A stretch of 64,000 nt of DNA, from positions 2,112,001 to 2,176,000 of the forward strand of contig CAXXOA010000002.1 in NCBI GenBank assembly GCA_963666275.2, written 5' to 3'. Shown here piece by piece: positions 9,411 through 19,728 of the stretch. The stretch's first letter is position 1. Each line of letters begins with the position of its first letter. The translations under genes and the position numbers were made by a program. Origin of the DNA: Oceanispirochaeta sp. (lineage in GTDB: Bacteria; Spirochaetota; Spirochaetia; DSM-2461). The notes beneath the pieces are model-generated. The model made no database searches. It was given only the letters and a program-made list of their open reading frames with translations, and was not told where the DNA came from.

Positions 9411-9432
9411 AAGTTTACAGTTTCCGGATGTC

Positions 9433-11676
9433 TCAGCCGTTCTGATTTAACAGAGCTTCGCTGTCCAGGATCTCTCTAACCTTTTCTCTCAGGGCTTTCA
9501 GTGAGAAAGGCTTCTGTATAAAGTTTATTCCCTCTTCCAGAACACCCTGATGGGCTATCACATTGGCAGTGTAACCCGACATGAACAGGCACTTAATCGA
9601 TGGATTCATCCGCTGTATGTGCTCGGCCAGATCTCTTCCTGTCATATTGGGCATCACAACATCTGTCACAAGCAGCTGTATCTTGCCCGGGTTGTTCCGG
9701 ACAAACTCAATGGCCTCTCCTGTGGTGGTTGTGCCTATAACGGAGTAGCCGGAGGTTTCCAGCATCAGAGTGGTCATATCCAGAATCGCAGCTTCATCTT
9801 CCACAAGCAGGATGGTTTCACTTCCCTTGCGGGGCTCCGATTGTGATGCTGTCTCCTGCTGTTCAGAATCCTTTCCCCAAAGATACTGGGGCAGGTAGAT
9901 TTTAAAAGTCGTTCCCCGGTCGGGTTCGCTGTAGACATTGATGAACCCCTTGTTCTGTTTGACTACCCCGTAGACCGTGGCAAGTCCCAATCCGGTTCCC
10001 ATGCCCTGATCTTTGGTTGTGAAAAAGGGTTCAAATATACTGGCCTGAGTTTCCGTATCCATGCCGCAACCGTTATCACTCACAGCCAGCATGACATAAT
10101 CCCCCGGGAGGAATCCCAGATGATGATTGCAGTAATCCCTGTCAAAACAGGCTTTGCCGGTTTCGATGGTGACTTTGCCGATGCCGTTAATGGCATCCCG
10201 GGCATTCACACAGAGATTCGCCAGTATCTGATCAACCTGGCTGGGGTCTATTTTTATCCGGGGCAGATCCTCCTCAGGGAGCCAGGCCAGGTCGATATCC
10301 TCTCCGATAATTCTCTGAAGCATACTGATCAGACCTTCCACGGTACTGTTTAGATTTAGAATTTTCGGGGCAATCGTCTCTTTCCTGGCAAAAGCCAGAA
10401 GCTGTCTGGTCAGGGAGGCTGAGCGCTCCGCCGCATTCTGGATTGCTTCAAGATTCTTAGACAGCGAATGGATCGATCCGGAATTGAGCTGATTGATAGC
10501 CAGTTCCGTATGCCCCAGTATAACACCAAGCATATTATTGAAATCGTGGGCAACCCCGCCGGCAAGGCGTCCTACAGATTCAATTTTCTGAGACTGCGCC
10601 AGCTGGCCCCGCAGGTCCTCTTTCTCCTGTTCGGCCTGTTTTTTTTCTGTAATATCCATATGGGTCCCGAACATCCACTCGGGCTTACCATCTCCTGTCC
10701 ATGTCAGAACCTTCCCTCTGTCTACAACCCAGACCCAGTGGCCGTCTTTGTGTTTCATCCGGCATTCACAGTCATAGTAGTCCAGTTTTTTTTCAAAGCA
10801 CAGATTCAGAAGCCTTTCGGACTCTTTCAGATCCTCCGGATGGGCCAGATCAATCCATGTATTCAGGGTAAGGGGTGTCAGTTCTTCCAGGGTATACCCG
10901 ACAATCTCAGCCCATCTCCTATTGAAGATGGTCTCTCCGGTTTGGATATTCCACTCCCAGGTTCCTACATTCATTCCCTGCAGAATGTAATTCAGTCGGT
11001 TTTTCTGATCCAGAAGAGCTGTTTCCGCCTGCCTTTTCTCCTGCAGTTCCTGCTCCTTCTGCATTCTGGCATAACTGACGTTGGATATGTAGCTAGCGAA
11101 TTTCACAAGGAAACTCATCAGGTTCTTCACATCTTCCCTGCTGTACCGGGGGATTTTCCTGAAGGCTTCCAAATACTCATTCACGTCAAAGCCGTATCTT
11201 TCGGCTTGACCGATGAAATACTGTTCATCCACCTCTTCGTCGTCGAAAAAGAACTGGCCTGTATAAATATTTCCCATATGTTTTTCCCCTATATAAAGGG
11301 GAGTTACCACATCCCAGAGACCGTTTTTACATTTATAGCTCACGTACTCACCGGATTTCAGATTATCTGTAAGGTAAAGATCACTTTCAGTGCAGTAGCC
11401 TGCTGTTTCCGGATGAATCCTGTGGAATTTTGTACACAGATCCTGCCAGCCTGTTTTTTCGATCACATTGCCTTTTGTATCCAGTATGGCCGTGACAAGA
11501 CCGGTCAATTTATGGAAATCATCCATTATCTGCTGGAGTTCTGCAACATTGATGATATCTCCCAGCAGATCCGGGATTTCCCGGGCACTGGCCCAGTCGG
11601 AAAGGAGATACTTTTTCTGTTCCAGCGATTGCAGCTTTTCCAGCAGTTCTTCATATGTGGGGTTGTGATCCATCAA
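9433..11676 (-). CDS. Hybrid sensor histidine kinase (PocR-PAS-HisKA-HATPase-REC)
   Basis: PocR GWQDLCTKFHR/YKCKNGL; AHDFNN H-box; GTGLGL; receiver LLVEDE..TDVVMP. Confidence 0.92.
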   Translation of the reverse strand: MMDHNPTYEELLEKLQSLEQKKYLLSDWASAREIPDLLGDIINVAELQQIMDDFHKLTGLVTAILDTKGNVIEKTGWQDLCTKFHRIHPETAGYCTESDLYLTDNLKSGEYVSYKCKNGLWDVVTPLYIGEKHMGNIYTGQFFFDDEEVDEQYFIGQAERYGFDVNEYLEAFRKIPRYSREDVKNLMSFLVKFASYISNVSYARMQKEQELQEKRQAETALLDQKNRLNYILQGMNVGTWEWNIQTGETIFNRRWAEIVGYTLEELTPLTLNTWIDLAHPEDLKESERLLNLCFEKKLDYYDCECRMKHKDGHWVWVVDRGKVLTWTGDGKPEWMFGTHMDITEKKQAEQEKEDLRGQLAQSQKIESVGRLAGGVAHDFNNMLGVILGHTELAINQLNSGSIHSLSKNLEAIQNAAERSASLTRQLLAFARKETIAPKILNLNSTVEGLISMLQRIIGEDIDLAWLPEEDLPRIKIDPSQVDQILANLCVNARDAINGIGKVTIETGKACFDRDYCNHHLGFLPGDYVMLAVSDNGCGMDTETQASIFEPFFTTKDQGMGTGLGLATVYGVVKQNKGFINVYSEPDRGTTFKIYLPQYLWGKDSEQQETASQSEPRKGSETILLVEDEAAILDMTTLMLETSGYSVIGTTTTGEAIEFVRNNPGKIQLLVTDVVMPNMTGRDLAEHIQRMNPSIKCLFMSGYTANVIAHQGVLEEGINFIQKPFSLKALREKVREILDSEALLNQNG

Positions 11677-11832
11677 ACCGCTCCCGGGTGTCTATAAGTA
11701 ACTTCCTGAGAATTGTTTCTTCTCTTTTCAAATATTACTACATTTCTCAATATTTAGTAGGAGAAAATGGAAAATTAGCAGGAGGAGCCACGGCGAGACA
11801 GAATGTGTCTGTTGCTTCCCATGCACTCTGTT

Positions 11833-13473
11833 TCAGTTCTTTTCCAGGGGAAGAGCTATTCTTATCACTGTCCCTTTTCCCGGTTCACTTTCCACTTTTA
11901 TAAAACCATCATGCTCTTTGACTATTCCATACACTGAGGAAAGGCCCAGGCCTATTCCTTTTCCCTGGGCTTTTGTTGAGAAAAATGGATCAAAGATCTT
12001 ATCAATATTTCCGGGGTCTATCCCGACTCCATTGTCTATGACCGAAATCTCAGCATAATTCATCGTGGACTCAACGGTTTCCCCGGGATAGGATATTTCC
12101 AGTCCCGGATACTTATGGCATTCAATGGTCACACTGCCTTTTTCATCGACAGCCTGGACGGCATTGTCCACCAGGTGCAGAAGAGCATCCGTAATCATAG
12201 TCTGATCTGCTTTCAGAATAACTTTCTCCTGGACTCTGACAGAAATATCCACTGGTTTCGCCGCATGCTTTTTTGCCCTATCCACTGCTTCATTGACAAG
12301 AAGGGCAATATCAAGATCTGTTTTCAGAATCATAAAATTGTTTCTCGAGTAGGAAAGAAGATCCTGAATAATCTTTGTAGCTCTGTCGATGGAATCCATG
12401 ATGACTTCCAGATAGTGATTTTCCGCTTCGGAATTATCACTATCTTTGAGAAGTTCCGAAGCACTCATGATGGCAAAATTGATATTGTTGAACTCATGAG
12501 CCACCCCTCCGGTAACTCTGCCGATTGCCTCCAGTTTGCTCTGCTGATTGATTTTTTCCTCCAGAAGAATCTGCCTGGCCCTTTGATGGGAGTTGTAGCG
12601 GATCAGGGCAAGGCCCAGTATCAGCAGGATCATATACAGCGCGGAATAGATTATATACTGATTCCGAAGGGGAGTGAGCAGCTCCTGATAGTCTGTCGCC
12701 AGGGCAATGGAAAAGGGATATCCCTGGATTTTATATATGGCCAGATTCACATGATCATCCGAGCTGTGCTGAACCCCTGAAAAGGAGCGGGTATAATTCT
12801 CCTGCTTCAGCAGGGAAGAAATATGTGTTTCTGCAGTATGGCTGTGTGTACTCTCATCCTTGGATAGAATGATATTCATAGCATCATCCAGAATGGCAAT
12901 CTCCGACACATTGTACATGGTCTGTATCTCATCAAAACTGAGGATATCCTCCATGCTTAAACTGCATATAAACACATTCGAAACTGATCCGGCCGGATCA
13001 AAAGAGGCCCGGCTGATCATAAAGTTTGATCTTTCCGATTTTTCAACTGATAAATAGGTTCTGATCTTATTCTGTCTGTGAAAATTGAAAAGTTCTTTCA
13101 GTTCCGCTTCCAGAGCGGGGTTCTCGGGATGAGGATTGTGGTTCATCCCGGCGGCATCAAAAAAGTAGAGATCATAAATATTGAAATATTTGAGTCTGTA
13201 ATCCTTTATGAGTGTGAGTATATTCACACCCTGATCCTCCGGAAGGTACCGAACCTCCTGTTCGATCAAATCCAGGATCATCTCTGATTTTTCCAGGACT
13301 TTTGCTATGTTGCCGGCAATCACAATGGCATTGTATTCTATGTCGGTATTCAATTTATACAGGATAACATTCCGGGAGTTCCTGTATAGAAAGAGAAGGG
13401 AAAAGGCGAGAAAAACCATAAAAACCAGAAAGAACACATAGGAATATTTTCTCAATAGCTGCTTTTTTTTCAT
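11833..13473 (-). CDS. Membrane sensor histidine kinase
   Basis: Two TM segments flanking an extracytoplasmic domain; AHEFNN; DNGVG, FDPFFSTK, GLGLS. Confidence 0.9.
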   Translation of the reverse strand: MKKKQLLRKYSYVFFLVFMVFLAFSLLFLYRNSRNVILYKLNTDIEYNAIVIAGNIAKVLEKSEMILDLIEQEVRYLPEDQGVNILTLIKDYRLKYFNIYDLYFFDAAGMNHNPHPENPALEAELKELFNFHRQNKIRTYLSVEKSERSNFMISRASFDPAGSVSNVFICSLSMEDILSFDEIQTMYNVSEIAILDDAMNIILSKDESTHSHTAETHISSLLKQENYTRSFSGVQHSSDDHVNLAIYKIQGYPFSIALATDYQELLTPLRNQYIIYSALYMILLILGLALIRYNSHQRARQILLEEKINQQSKLEAIGRVTGGVAHEFNNINFAIMSASELLKDSDNSEAENHYLEVIMDSIDRATKIIQDLLSYSRNNFMILKTDLDIALLVNEAVDRAKKHAAKPVDISVRVQEKVILKADQTMITDALLHLVDNAVQAVDEKGSVTIECHKYPGLEISYPGETVESTMNYAEISVIDNGVGIDPGNIDKIFDPFFSTKAQGKGIGLGLSSVYGIVKEHDGFIKVESEPGKGTVIRIALPLEKN

Positions 13474-13493
13474 ATTCAGTCCAAAGGCTCCGC

Positions 13494-14471
13494 TTACTCT
13501 ATGATCTCATTGATAAGATCCTGCTGATATTCCATAAGGAAATCTCTGGTTTTACGAATCTCTTCTGCTGAAGGATAGGTAATGACTATGCCCTGTTCCT
13601 CCGCCAGTTTCCTTGCCTCGACCTGTGCTTTTTCCGCTTCCATTCTCTGTTCCCGGGCCACTTCATTCCATATGGATCTGATCAGGTCCTGATCCTCTGA
13701 GCTGAGGGAGCTCCAGAAGCGCCGGGATATCATGGGAACATACTGGGGAAAGTATTCATTATCCACAAATGCATATTTGAGGCCGTACTCCCATAAACGG
13801 GCACTCTTCACTGTTTCAAAGGTTGTGAGCAATCCATTTATGGTGCCTTTCTTGAGGTGGAAGGGAACATCCGACCAGGCTATGATCACCCCGTCAGCCC
13901 CCAGGAGTTCCACCCGCATTTTGTTCATAAGCCCGCCGGCCACCCGTATTGTTTTTCCGGACAGGTCACTGAACTCCCTGACAGGATTTCTTCTCGTGGT
14001 AAAAATAAGCGCATGGCCCAGGTCCATCCAGTCTCCGGGAACAACCACATTCAGTTCAGTTTCAATGTCCCTGATCAACTCTTTTCCCCGATCAGATGTG
14101 AGGTAACTGTAGTTGTATTCTTTTTCCTCCCCGAAGAATTCGGGCAGCAGAAAGTAGCTGACCCTGGGAACATACTGACTCACATGCCAGGTTCCCGGCA
14201 CAGCCATCTCAACCTTTCCGGTGTAAAGGGCGGAAATAACCTCCTGATCCCGATAGAGTTTTCCCGAATCATAGAGTTCCACCCGGATTCTGCCCTGTGC
14301 TCTCAGCTGCAGCCGTTCGGCAAATTCCTTCACATCCCTTGTCTGTATATGATCTTCCGAGTTTTCAATGGATATTCTCAATAAGGGTATGACCTGGGAA
14401 TCAATTGGCGAGATGGGGAAAAACAGAAGAGCAATGAACAGCATTGCGCTGAATACTGATTGTACAGACAT
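13494..14471 (-). CDS. dctP: TRAP-type substrate-binding protein (orphan)
   Basis: DctP pattern (LYDSGKL, DLSGKTIRV, GTINGL); start approximate. Confidence 0.8.
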   Translation of the reverse strand: MSVQSVFSAMLFIALLFFPISPIDSQVIPLLRISIENSEDHIQTRDVKEFAERLQLRAQGRIRVELYDSGKLYRDQEVISALYTGKVEMAVPGTWHVSQYVPRVSYFLLPEFFGEEKEYNYSYLTSDRGKELIRDIETELNVVVPGDWMDLGHALIFTTRRNPVREFSDLSGKTIRVAGGLMNKMRVELLGADGVIIAWSDVPFHLKKGTINGLLTTFETVKSARLWEYGLKYAFVDNEYFPQYVPMISRRFWSSLSSEDQDLIRSIWNEVAREQRMEAEKAQVEARKLAEEQGIVITYPSAEEIRKTRDFLMEYQQDLINEIIE

Positions 14472-14675
14472 CCTTTGAATCCTTTTTCTGCTGGTGTGTT
14501 TCAGTCGGCTCAGGGAATAAACCCTTGGGAAATAGCAAGATGTACTGAAAAACATCTTATTATTCTGAAGTGTAATACAAGGACGGAAGTCTATCAAATG
14601 CTGATTGATTTTCACTGATTCCTGTTCGGGGAATTGAAAGTTTACCGGAATGGGTCCTCCCTGGAAGAATCGCTC

Positions 14676-15860
14676 TTATATGTGATTTTTAAGCAGCCGG
14701 AACCAGAGGAGCACCAGGGCTGTAAAAACAGCAGCCGCCGGGAAAATGGCGCCCATACCGAAGAGATCTCCGATTCCGCCCCAGAGAACGGAACCGATGC
14801 CGATCCCCACATCCATAAAAAGATAGAATGTGGCATTGGCAAAAGCCCGCCTTGAAGGATTTGTCTTTTTGACTGCCGCCACATTGAAAAGGACATGGGA
14901 AAGGCCGAAACCCATACCATAGAGAAAGGCTATTGTGAAAATAAGGGGAGTGGTTCTGACAAGGTATACCCCCCCGATTCCCAGGATCATCTCTCCGATG
15001 GCCAGGCTGATCATCCGGCGTTCTCCCATCATTCTGATCATCTGGCCGGCAAAGACCCGGGAGAGAGTCAGACCAAGCGCTCTGGCAATGAAGAAGATTC
15101 CTATGCCGCTGATTTTCTCCACTTCCGCATAGGGCACAAGAAATGATGTGGTAGAGGCAGTTGCCATGGACAGACAACCAATAATAAAAGAAGGGGCAAC
15201 CGCTTTTCTTTCGACAATTTTGTCGATAAAGCGGCGGGTAGGAGAATCCGCCGTATCTGCTTTCCCGCCATCTGATGTATTCCGGAAAGACCTGTCCTTT
15301 TCATATGTAATAAATTTGAGGGATATTAAGGCTGCCGCCATGACAAGACCCGCAGAGAGAAAGAGCTCGGAAAAGCTGAATCGTTTGTAACTCCATATCG
15401 CCAGAAAGGGGCCGAGGGCCTGAGTCACTGTGGCTGTCAGTCCGAAATAACCCAGACCGTTGACCAGTTTCTCTTCCGGGACAATATCGGTGATTATTGT
15501 GGTCAGAGCGATGGACATCAGAGAAAAACTAAGACCGCTGACTCCCTGCAGCAGATAGAGCATGGTTATGTTACCGAAGAAGCCGAAAGGCAGGGTTGTC
15601 AGGGAAAAGAAGAGCATCCCTGTAAAAAGCATCTTTGTCCGGCCTGTTTTTTCAATGAGGTTACCGCTAATGGGGCGGAATACCAGAGCGAAGATAGTGA
15701 ATACGGTCATTGCCAGACCAGCCTGCATCTTCGTATACCCCAGAGATATCATATACAGGGGAATCAGTGTTATTTTATACTGCATTGCCAGGCGCATAAG
15801 CAGAGATGCCGTGAATGCCATATTATAGTCGGTGGTGAATAGGCTGTTCTTCTTTTTCAT
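14676..15860 (-). CDS. MFS transporter
   Basis: 12 TM pattern, RPISGNLIEKTGR motif A-like. Confidence 0.88.
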   Translation of the reverse strand: MKKKNSLFTTDYNMAFTASLLMRLAMQYKITLIPLYMISLGYTKMQAGLAMTVFTIFALVFRPISGNLIEKTGRTKMLFTGMLFFSLTTLPFGFFGNITMLYLLQGVSGLSFSLMSIALTTIITDIVPEEKLVNGLGYFGLTATVTQALGPFLAIWSYKRFSFSELFLSAGLVMAAALISLKFITYEKDRSFRNTSDGGKADTADSPTRRFIDKIVERKAVAPSFIIGCLSMATASTTSFLVPYAEVEKISGIGIFFIARALGLTLSRVFAGQMIRMMGERRMISLAIGEMILGIGGVYLVRTTPLIFTIAFLYGMGFGLSHVLFNVAAVKKTNPSRRAFANATFYLFMDVGIGIGSVLWGGIGDLFGMGAIFPAAAVFTALVLLWFRLLKNHI

Positions 15861-16080
15861 ATTTTCCCGGATTTTCTGTGCAGTATACTCAGATTTCCTG
15901 ATATTAAATGGTAATTTCATATCAGGAATTTGTATAGTAATAGAATAAATATTTTATGCTTACCTAATATCCTTTTCTCTGATTTTTCCATTCGGTCTGT
16001 CAAAAGGGATAAAACCGGCTTCCGGACATGCCGTTTTCATACCTCCTTCCTGTAGGGATTTGTCCACTGAAACGCTGGGT

Positions 16081-17157
16081 TCAGGCCTTCTGAAATTTTA
16101 TCCGTGAAAGTTTGTAAAGCTCCTCCCTGAAAGATCCGGGAAGCATAGTGTTCACCACATGGTTCATAAGAGCCGGTTTGCAGGGGTCACAGAATTTCTC
16201 AACAAAATCCCGGGCGCTCTGCTTCAGGGTCTCCGGCGTCTCACTGTCGTAGCTCTCCGGGATAACTCCAACAACCAGCTGATCTCCATACTCCTCGTAA
16301 ATTTTATGGGTATCATTGATAATCTGCGGGGACCATACATCCCATCCGGCGTTTATAATGGAAGGCACTCTCATATCCAGCAGTCCGCAGCTGTGAAATT
16401 CCGCAATTCTTCCTCTGCTGTGGATATGGTCGGTCAGACGCTTCATGGCCGGAACAATCATCTCTTCACAGGCTTCTTCAGAAAACAGGGGCCCTCTCTG
16501 GGAACCCCAGTCATCATGGACCAGAAATCCGTCGGCATGAAAATAGTCTATGAAATGATCGACAATCTGAATATAAAGGTCTGTCAGTTTCTCGAACAGC
16601 TCCAGAACCGCCTCTTTCTGTGTATCGTCTATCAGGGCTATAGAGGCATTTCCAAAATCCATAAAGGAAATCAGACGTTCGAAGTAGCCGCTGAAGATGG
16701 TTGTAAAGACCGCCCGGTCGTCGGCAAGGAAGTCTTTATTCTTTTCGGCGGTCTCCTTCCAGTCCCAGGATTCAACATCCGGCCAGATCAGTTTGTCCCT
16801 CCACTCATTGGCATCAGTAAAAAGATGGTAAGACGGATCCACGGCAGAGCCCCGGTTCTCCGGATTGTAATGCCATAGAACTCCGAACATATCCGGACCG
16901 CCATAGGTATCCGGAGAAACCGGTAGTTCCTGAATAATAAATCCTCTTGCCAGATTATCCGGAATGATATCGGGACAGAAAGTCATCTTCTCCACTCCTG
17001 TCAGCTGCCAGAGGGGAGCCTTTTTCAGACCCCTCCGGTAGGCTTCTCCCGGGGCAACCGGAAAGTTGTAAAGAGGAATCACAGGACGCCCCAGCCGTGC
17101 GGGAGGTATCTCCTCTACTATTTTCAGTTCATTTTCTGAAAAAATTATCGTTTCCAT
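16081..17157 (-). CDS. Uroporphyrinogen decarboxylase / MtaA-CmuA methyltransferase family protein
   Basis: DMFGVLW, FERLISFM, HDDWGSQ, FHSCG. Confidence 0.8.
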   Translation of the reverse strand: METIIFSENELKIVEEIPPARLGRPVIPLYNFPVAPGEAYRRGLKKAPLWQLTGVEKMTFCPDIIPDNLARGFIIQELPVSPDTYGGPDMFGVLWHYNPENRGSAVDPSYHLFTDANEWRDKLIWPDVESWDWKETAEKNKDFLADDRAVFTTIFSGYFERLISFMDFGNASIALIDDTQKEAVLELFEKLTDLYIQIVDHFIDYFHADGFLVHDDWGSQRGPLFSEEACEEMIVPAMKRLTDHIHSRGRIAEFHSCGLLDMRVPSIINAGWDVWSPQIINDTHKIYEEYGDQLVVGVIPESYDSETPETLKQSARDFVEKFCDPCKPALMNHVVNTMLPGSFREELYKLSRIKFQKA

Positions 17158-17187
17158 ATTTTCGTCCCCATAGGATAATCTCTCATA

Positions 17188-18399
17188 TCAGATGATCCCT
17201 TCGTTTTCCAGATATTTTATTTTATCTTCACTGAACCCCAGAAAATCCGTGTATATTTCCCCATTGTGCTGCCCCAGGTCGGGAGCGGGTTTTACTGGAA
17301 CATAGGTGTCGGACATTCTGTAGGCAGACCCGCAGAGTGTAATTTCTCCCAGGCTGGGATGATCAATGGTCTGAAGGAAGTTAGACTCGTACATATCAGG
17401 CGAGTTGACCACATCGGCGATGGTAAGAGTGGCACCGCAGGGAATCATTCTTTCGCACATAATGCGCATGACGTCTTCCTTGTCCAGAGAGGATGTCCAT
17501 TTGATAACTTCTTCTTCCAGGGAATCCACATTATCCAGCCGGGTGGAACCGTCTATGTATCTGGGATCTTCGAACAGATCCATTCTGCCGATGCCTTCGC
17601 AGAATTTCTTCCACATGATCTGCCCCGGAGTATCCCGTACCAGTATGAAGACATAGTTGTTTTCGTCTCCCTCAAACCGGGGTTTGGTGGGAAACATATT
17701 CCGGGGAGCATTCCGTCCGGCAAAAAGCATGGCACCGCCCCTTTTGGGCATCTCCTTCTGTTCCACAAAGGACATTCTGGACGAGGAAATCACGACTTCC
17801 TGCATATTGATTCTCAGATGCTGGCCCCGTCCGGTTTTCTCTCTCTGGAAGAGGGCTGCCAGGATACTGGATACCGCATAGTGTCCGGAAGGGTCATCGG
17901 CCAGTCCAACCGAGGAGATAAGGGGAGGTCCGTCGAGCATTCCGGTCTGGCTGGCCAGGGTTCCGGTAGCCTGAACCGGTCCGTCCATGGCGGGGAAATT
18001 CGCATAGGGACTGTTCTCATGATACCCCTTGATCTGACAGAAGATACAGCGGGGATTGATCTCTTTGATGGTATCAAAAGTGAATCCCAGCCGCTCAAAT
18101 GTTCCGGGGGCAAAGTTTTCAATGATCACGTCTCCCTTTTTGATAAGCTCTTTCAGAACCTCTTTTCCCCCGTCGCTTTTCAGATCCAGTGTGATGGATT
18201 TTTTATTGGCATGGAGAATGGCCCAAAGCATGTTCTGACCGCCTCCTCTGGGACGTCCCTGTTCTCCCTCTCCGGGTCTTTCCACCTTGATTATATTGGC
18301 ACCCATCTGGGCCAGTGTGAGGGTACAGATCGGTCCGCTGGCAAACTGGGTCAGGTCTATCACATTAATCCCTTCCAGGGCATTGGCTTTTCCACTCAT
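17188..18399 (-). CDS. Family III CoA-transferase (CaiB/BaiF/Frc)
   Basis: DLTQFASGP, NKKSITLDLK, ENFAPG, GLADD, APDLGQH. Confidence 0.92.
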   Translation of the reverse strand: MSGKANALEGINVIDLTQFASGPICTLTLAQMGANIIKVERPGEGEQGRPRGGGQNMLWAILHANKKSITLDLKSDGGKEVLKELIKKGDVIIENFAPGTFERLGFTFDTIKEINPRCIFCQIKGYHENSPYANFPAMDGPVQATGTLASQTGMLDGPPLISSVGLADDPSGHYAVSSILAALFQREKTGRGQHLRINMQEVVISSSRMSFVEQKEMPKRGGAMLFAGRNAPRNMFPTKPRFEGDENNYVFILVRDTPGQIMWKKFCEGIGRMDLFEDPRYIDGSTRLDNVDSLEEEVIKWTSSLDKEDVMRIMCERMIPCGATLTIADVVNSPDMYESNFLQTIDHPSLGEITLCGSAYRMSDTYVPVKPAPDLGQHNGEIYTDFLGFSEDKIKYLENEGII

Positions 18400-18420
18400 T
18401 TTGTCTCTCCTTTATGGTCG

Positions 18421-19728
18421 TTATTTTCCTCTTTTGGGAAGTATTCTCTTTTCAATAAGATTTTCTACCTGAGCCACCATATTCTCCTGGCTCCATTTTT
18501 TAGCATCCGCCGGATCGGCTCTCAGAACACAGACGGGAAATCCCGCTTCCTCCAGAGACCAGACGATATTGTAGAAGAAGTCCCCGTTGTTCATGCAGTT
18601 TTCAGGCACCAGGAAGACGATCCCGTCGATCTGGTTGTTTTTGGCTTCTTTCACAAACCACTGACTGTTGAAGGGGGGAACATGGAGGATATCCTCCAGG
18701 AAGGAAAACCGTGAGGCCAGTGCCCGGATGGGATTCTCTTCCACTTTGTTCCGGATATAACCGTCCGCAGCCAGGCCCAGGTACATGGTCCATACAAAGG
18801 CCGCACCGTATTTCTCTTCGAAGTGCTGGTAGAAGGCCAGGTTGAACCAGAGCCCCCGTCCGATCCAGAGAAGGCGGACATTTTCATTGGGAACCGCGGC
18901 AGTCTGATTGTCCACCAGAGCTTTCACCTCTTCGTAGAGGCTTTTAGCCATTTCCACTGCTTCGGCAGATCCTCTGTGCCACTGGGCTTGCATAACCGCA
19001 TTGATCGTATCCGTTACGGTGACAGGGGCCGGAACCGTACGGGCTATAAGATCTCTTGTTTTCCGGTACCATCCCTCCTGGGCGTTTACATTGTTCAGAG
19101 TTTCAATCAGCCGGTTCAGATCCAGTTTTCTTCCGGTGGTTCTTTCCAGAAATTCCACAAGAAGTCTCAGTTCCTGTTCGTAGAAGTCGATTCTGTTTTT
19201 TCCCAGAAGGGTTTCCCAGTCATCAGGAGATTTCTCCCACCAGTTATCCAGAATCACATCCTGATGATAGTGCTGTATCCTGAAGGCCTCGGCGTTGAAG
19301 GCTTCGGTCATCAGTTCTTCGATTTTAATCCCGCTGGAACAGGTTTCCGCACAGATCACCAGAGAGGGGTGGGGAAGGCCTCCCCAGGGGCCCTCTTCCG
19401 GTTTGGCATCCAGGGAGCAGGCATAGGCGGCGGCACAGTAGGAACAGATATCATTTCTATAGCCCGCCTGTTCCAGAAGATCGTAGAACCGGGGGCCCAT
19501 CTGCTTAGCCGAACAGATGGCCGTCCACCATTGGTTGACCACAAAGGGAATATCCATGGCCCGGAGCAGTTCCATCGGAGCATTGGCACCCACAAAACCG
19601 AAAGGCTCTCCCGCTTCCACTCTGGCATGAAGGCCCATAAACCACTCTTTCTGGAATTTCCCTACCATTCGGGTCGTTTCCAGCTTTTTTACAGACCTGG
19701 TGCTGTATTGTTTCTTTTCTTCAGCCAT
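18421..19728 (-). CDS. 2-hydroxyacyl-CoA dehydratase / benzoyl-CoA reductase family subunit (Fe-S cysteines retained)
   Basis: DICSYC, ETCS, PENC; PWGGLPHP. Confidence 0.85.
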   Translation of the reverse strand: MAEEKKQYSTRSVKKLETTRMVGKFQKEWFMGLHARVEAGEPFGFVGANAPMELLRAMDIPFVVNQWWTAICSAKQMGPRFYDLLEQAGYRNDICSYCAAAYACSLDAKPEEGPWGGLPHPSLVICAETCSSGIKIEELMTEAFNAEAFRIQHYHQDVILDNWWEKSPDDWETLLGKNRIDFYEQELRLLVEFLERTTGRKLDLNRLIETLNNVNAQEGWYRKTRDLIARTVPAPVTVTDTINAVMQAQWHRGSAEAVEMAKSLYEEVKALVDNQTAAVPNENVRLLWIGRGLWFNLAFYQHFEEKYGAAFVWTMYLGLAADGYIRNKVEENPIRALASRFSFLEDILHVPPFNSQWFVKEAKNNQIDGIVFLVPENCMNNGDFFYNIVWSLEEAGFPVCVLRADPADAKKWSQENMVAQVENLIEKRILPKRGK

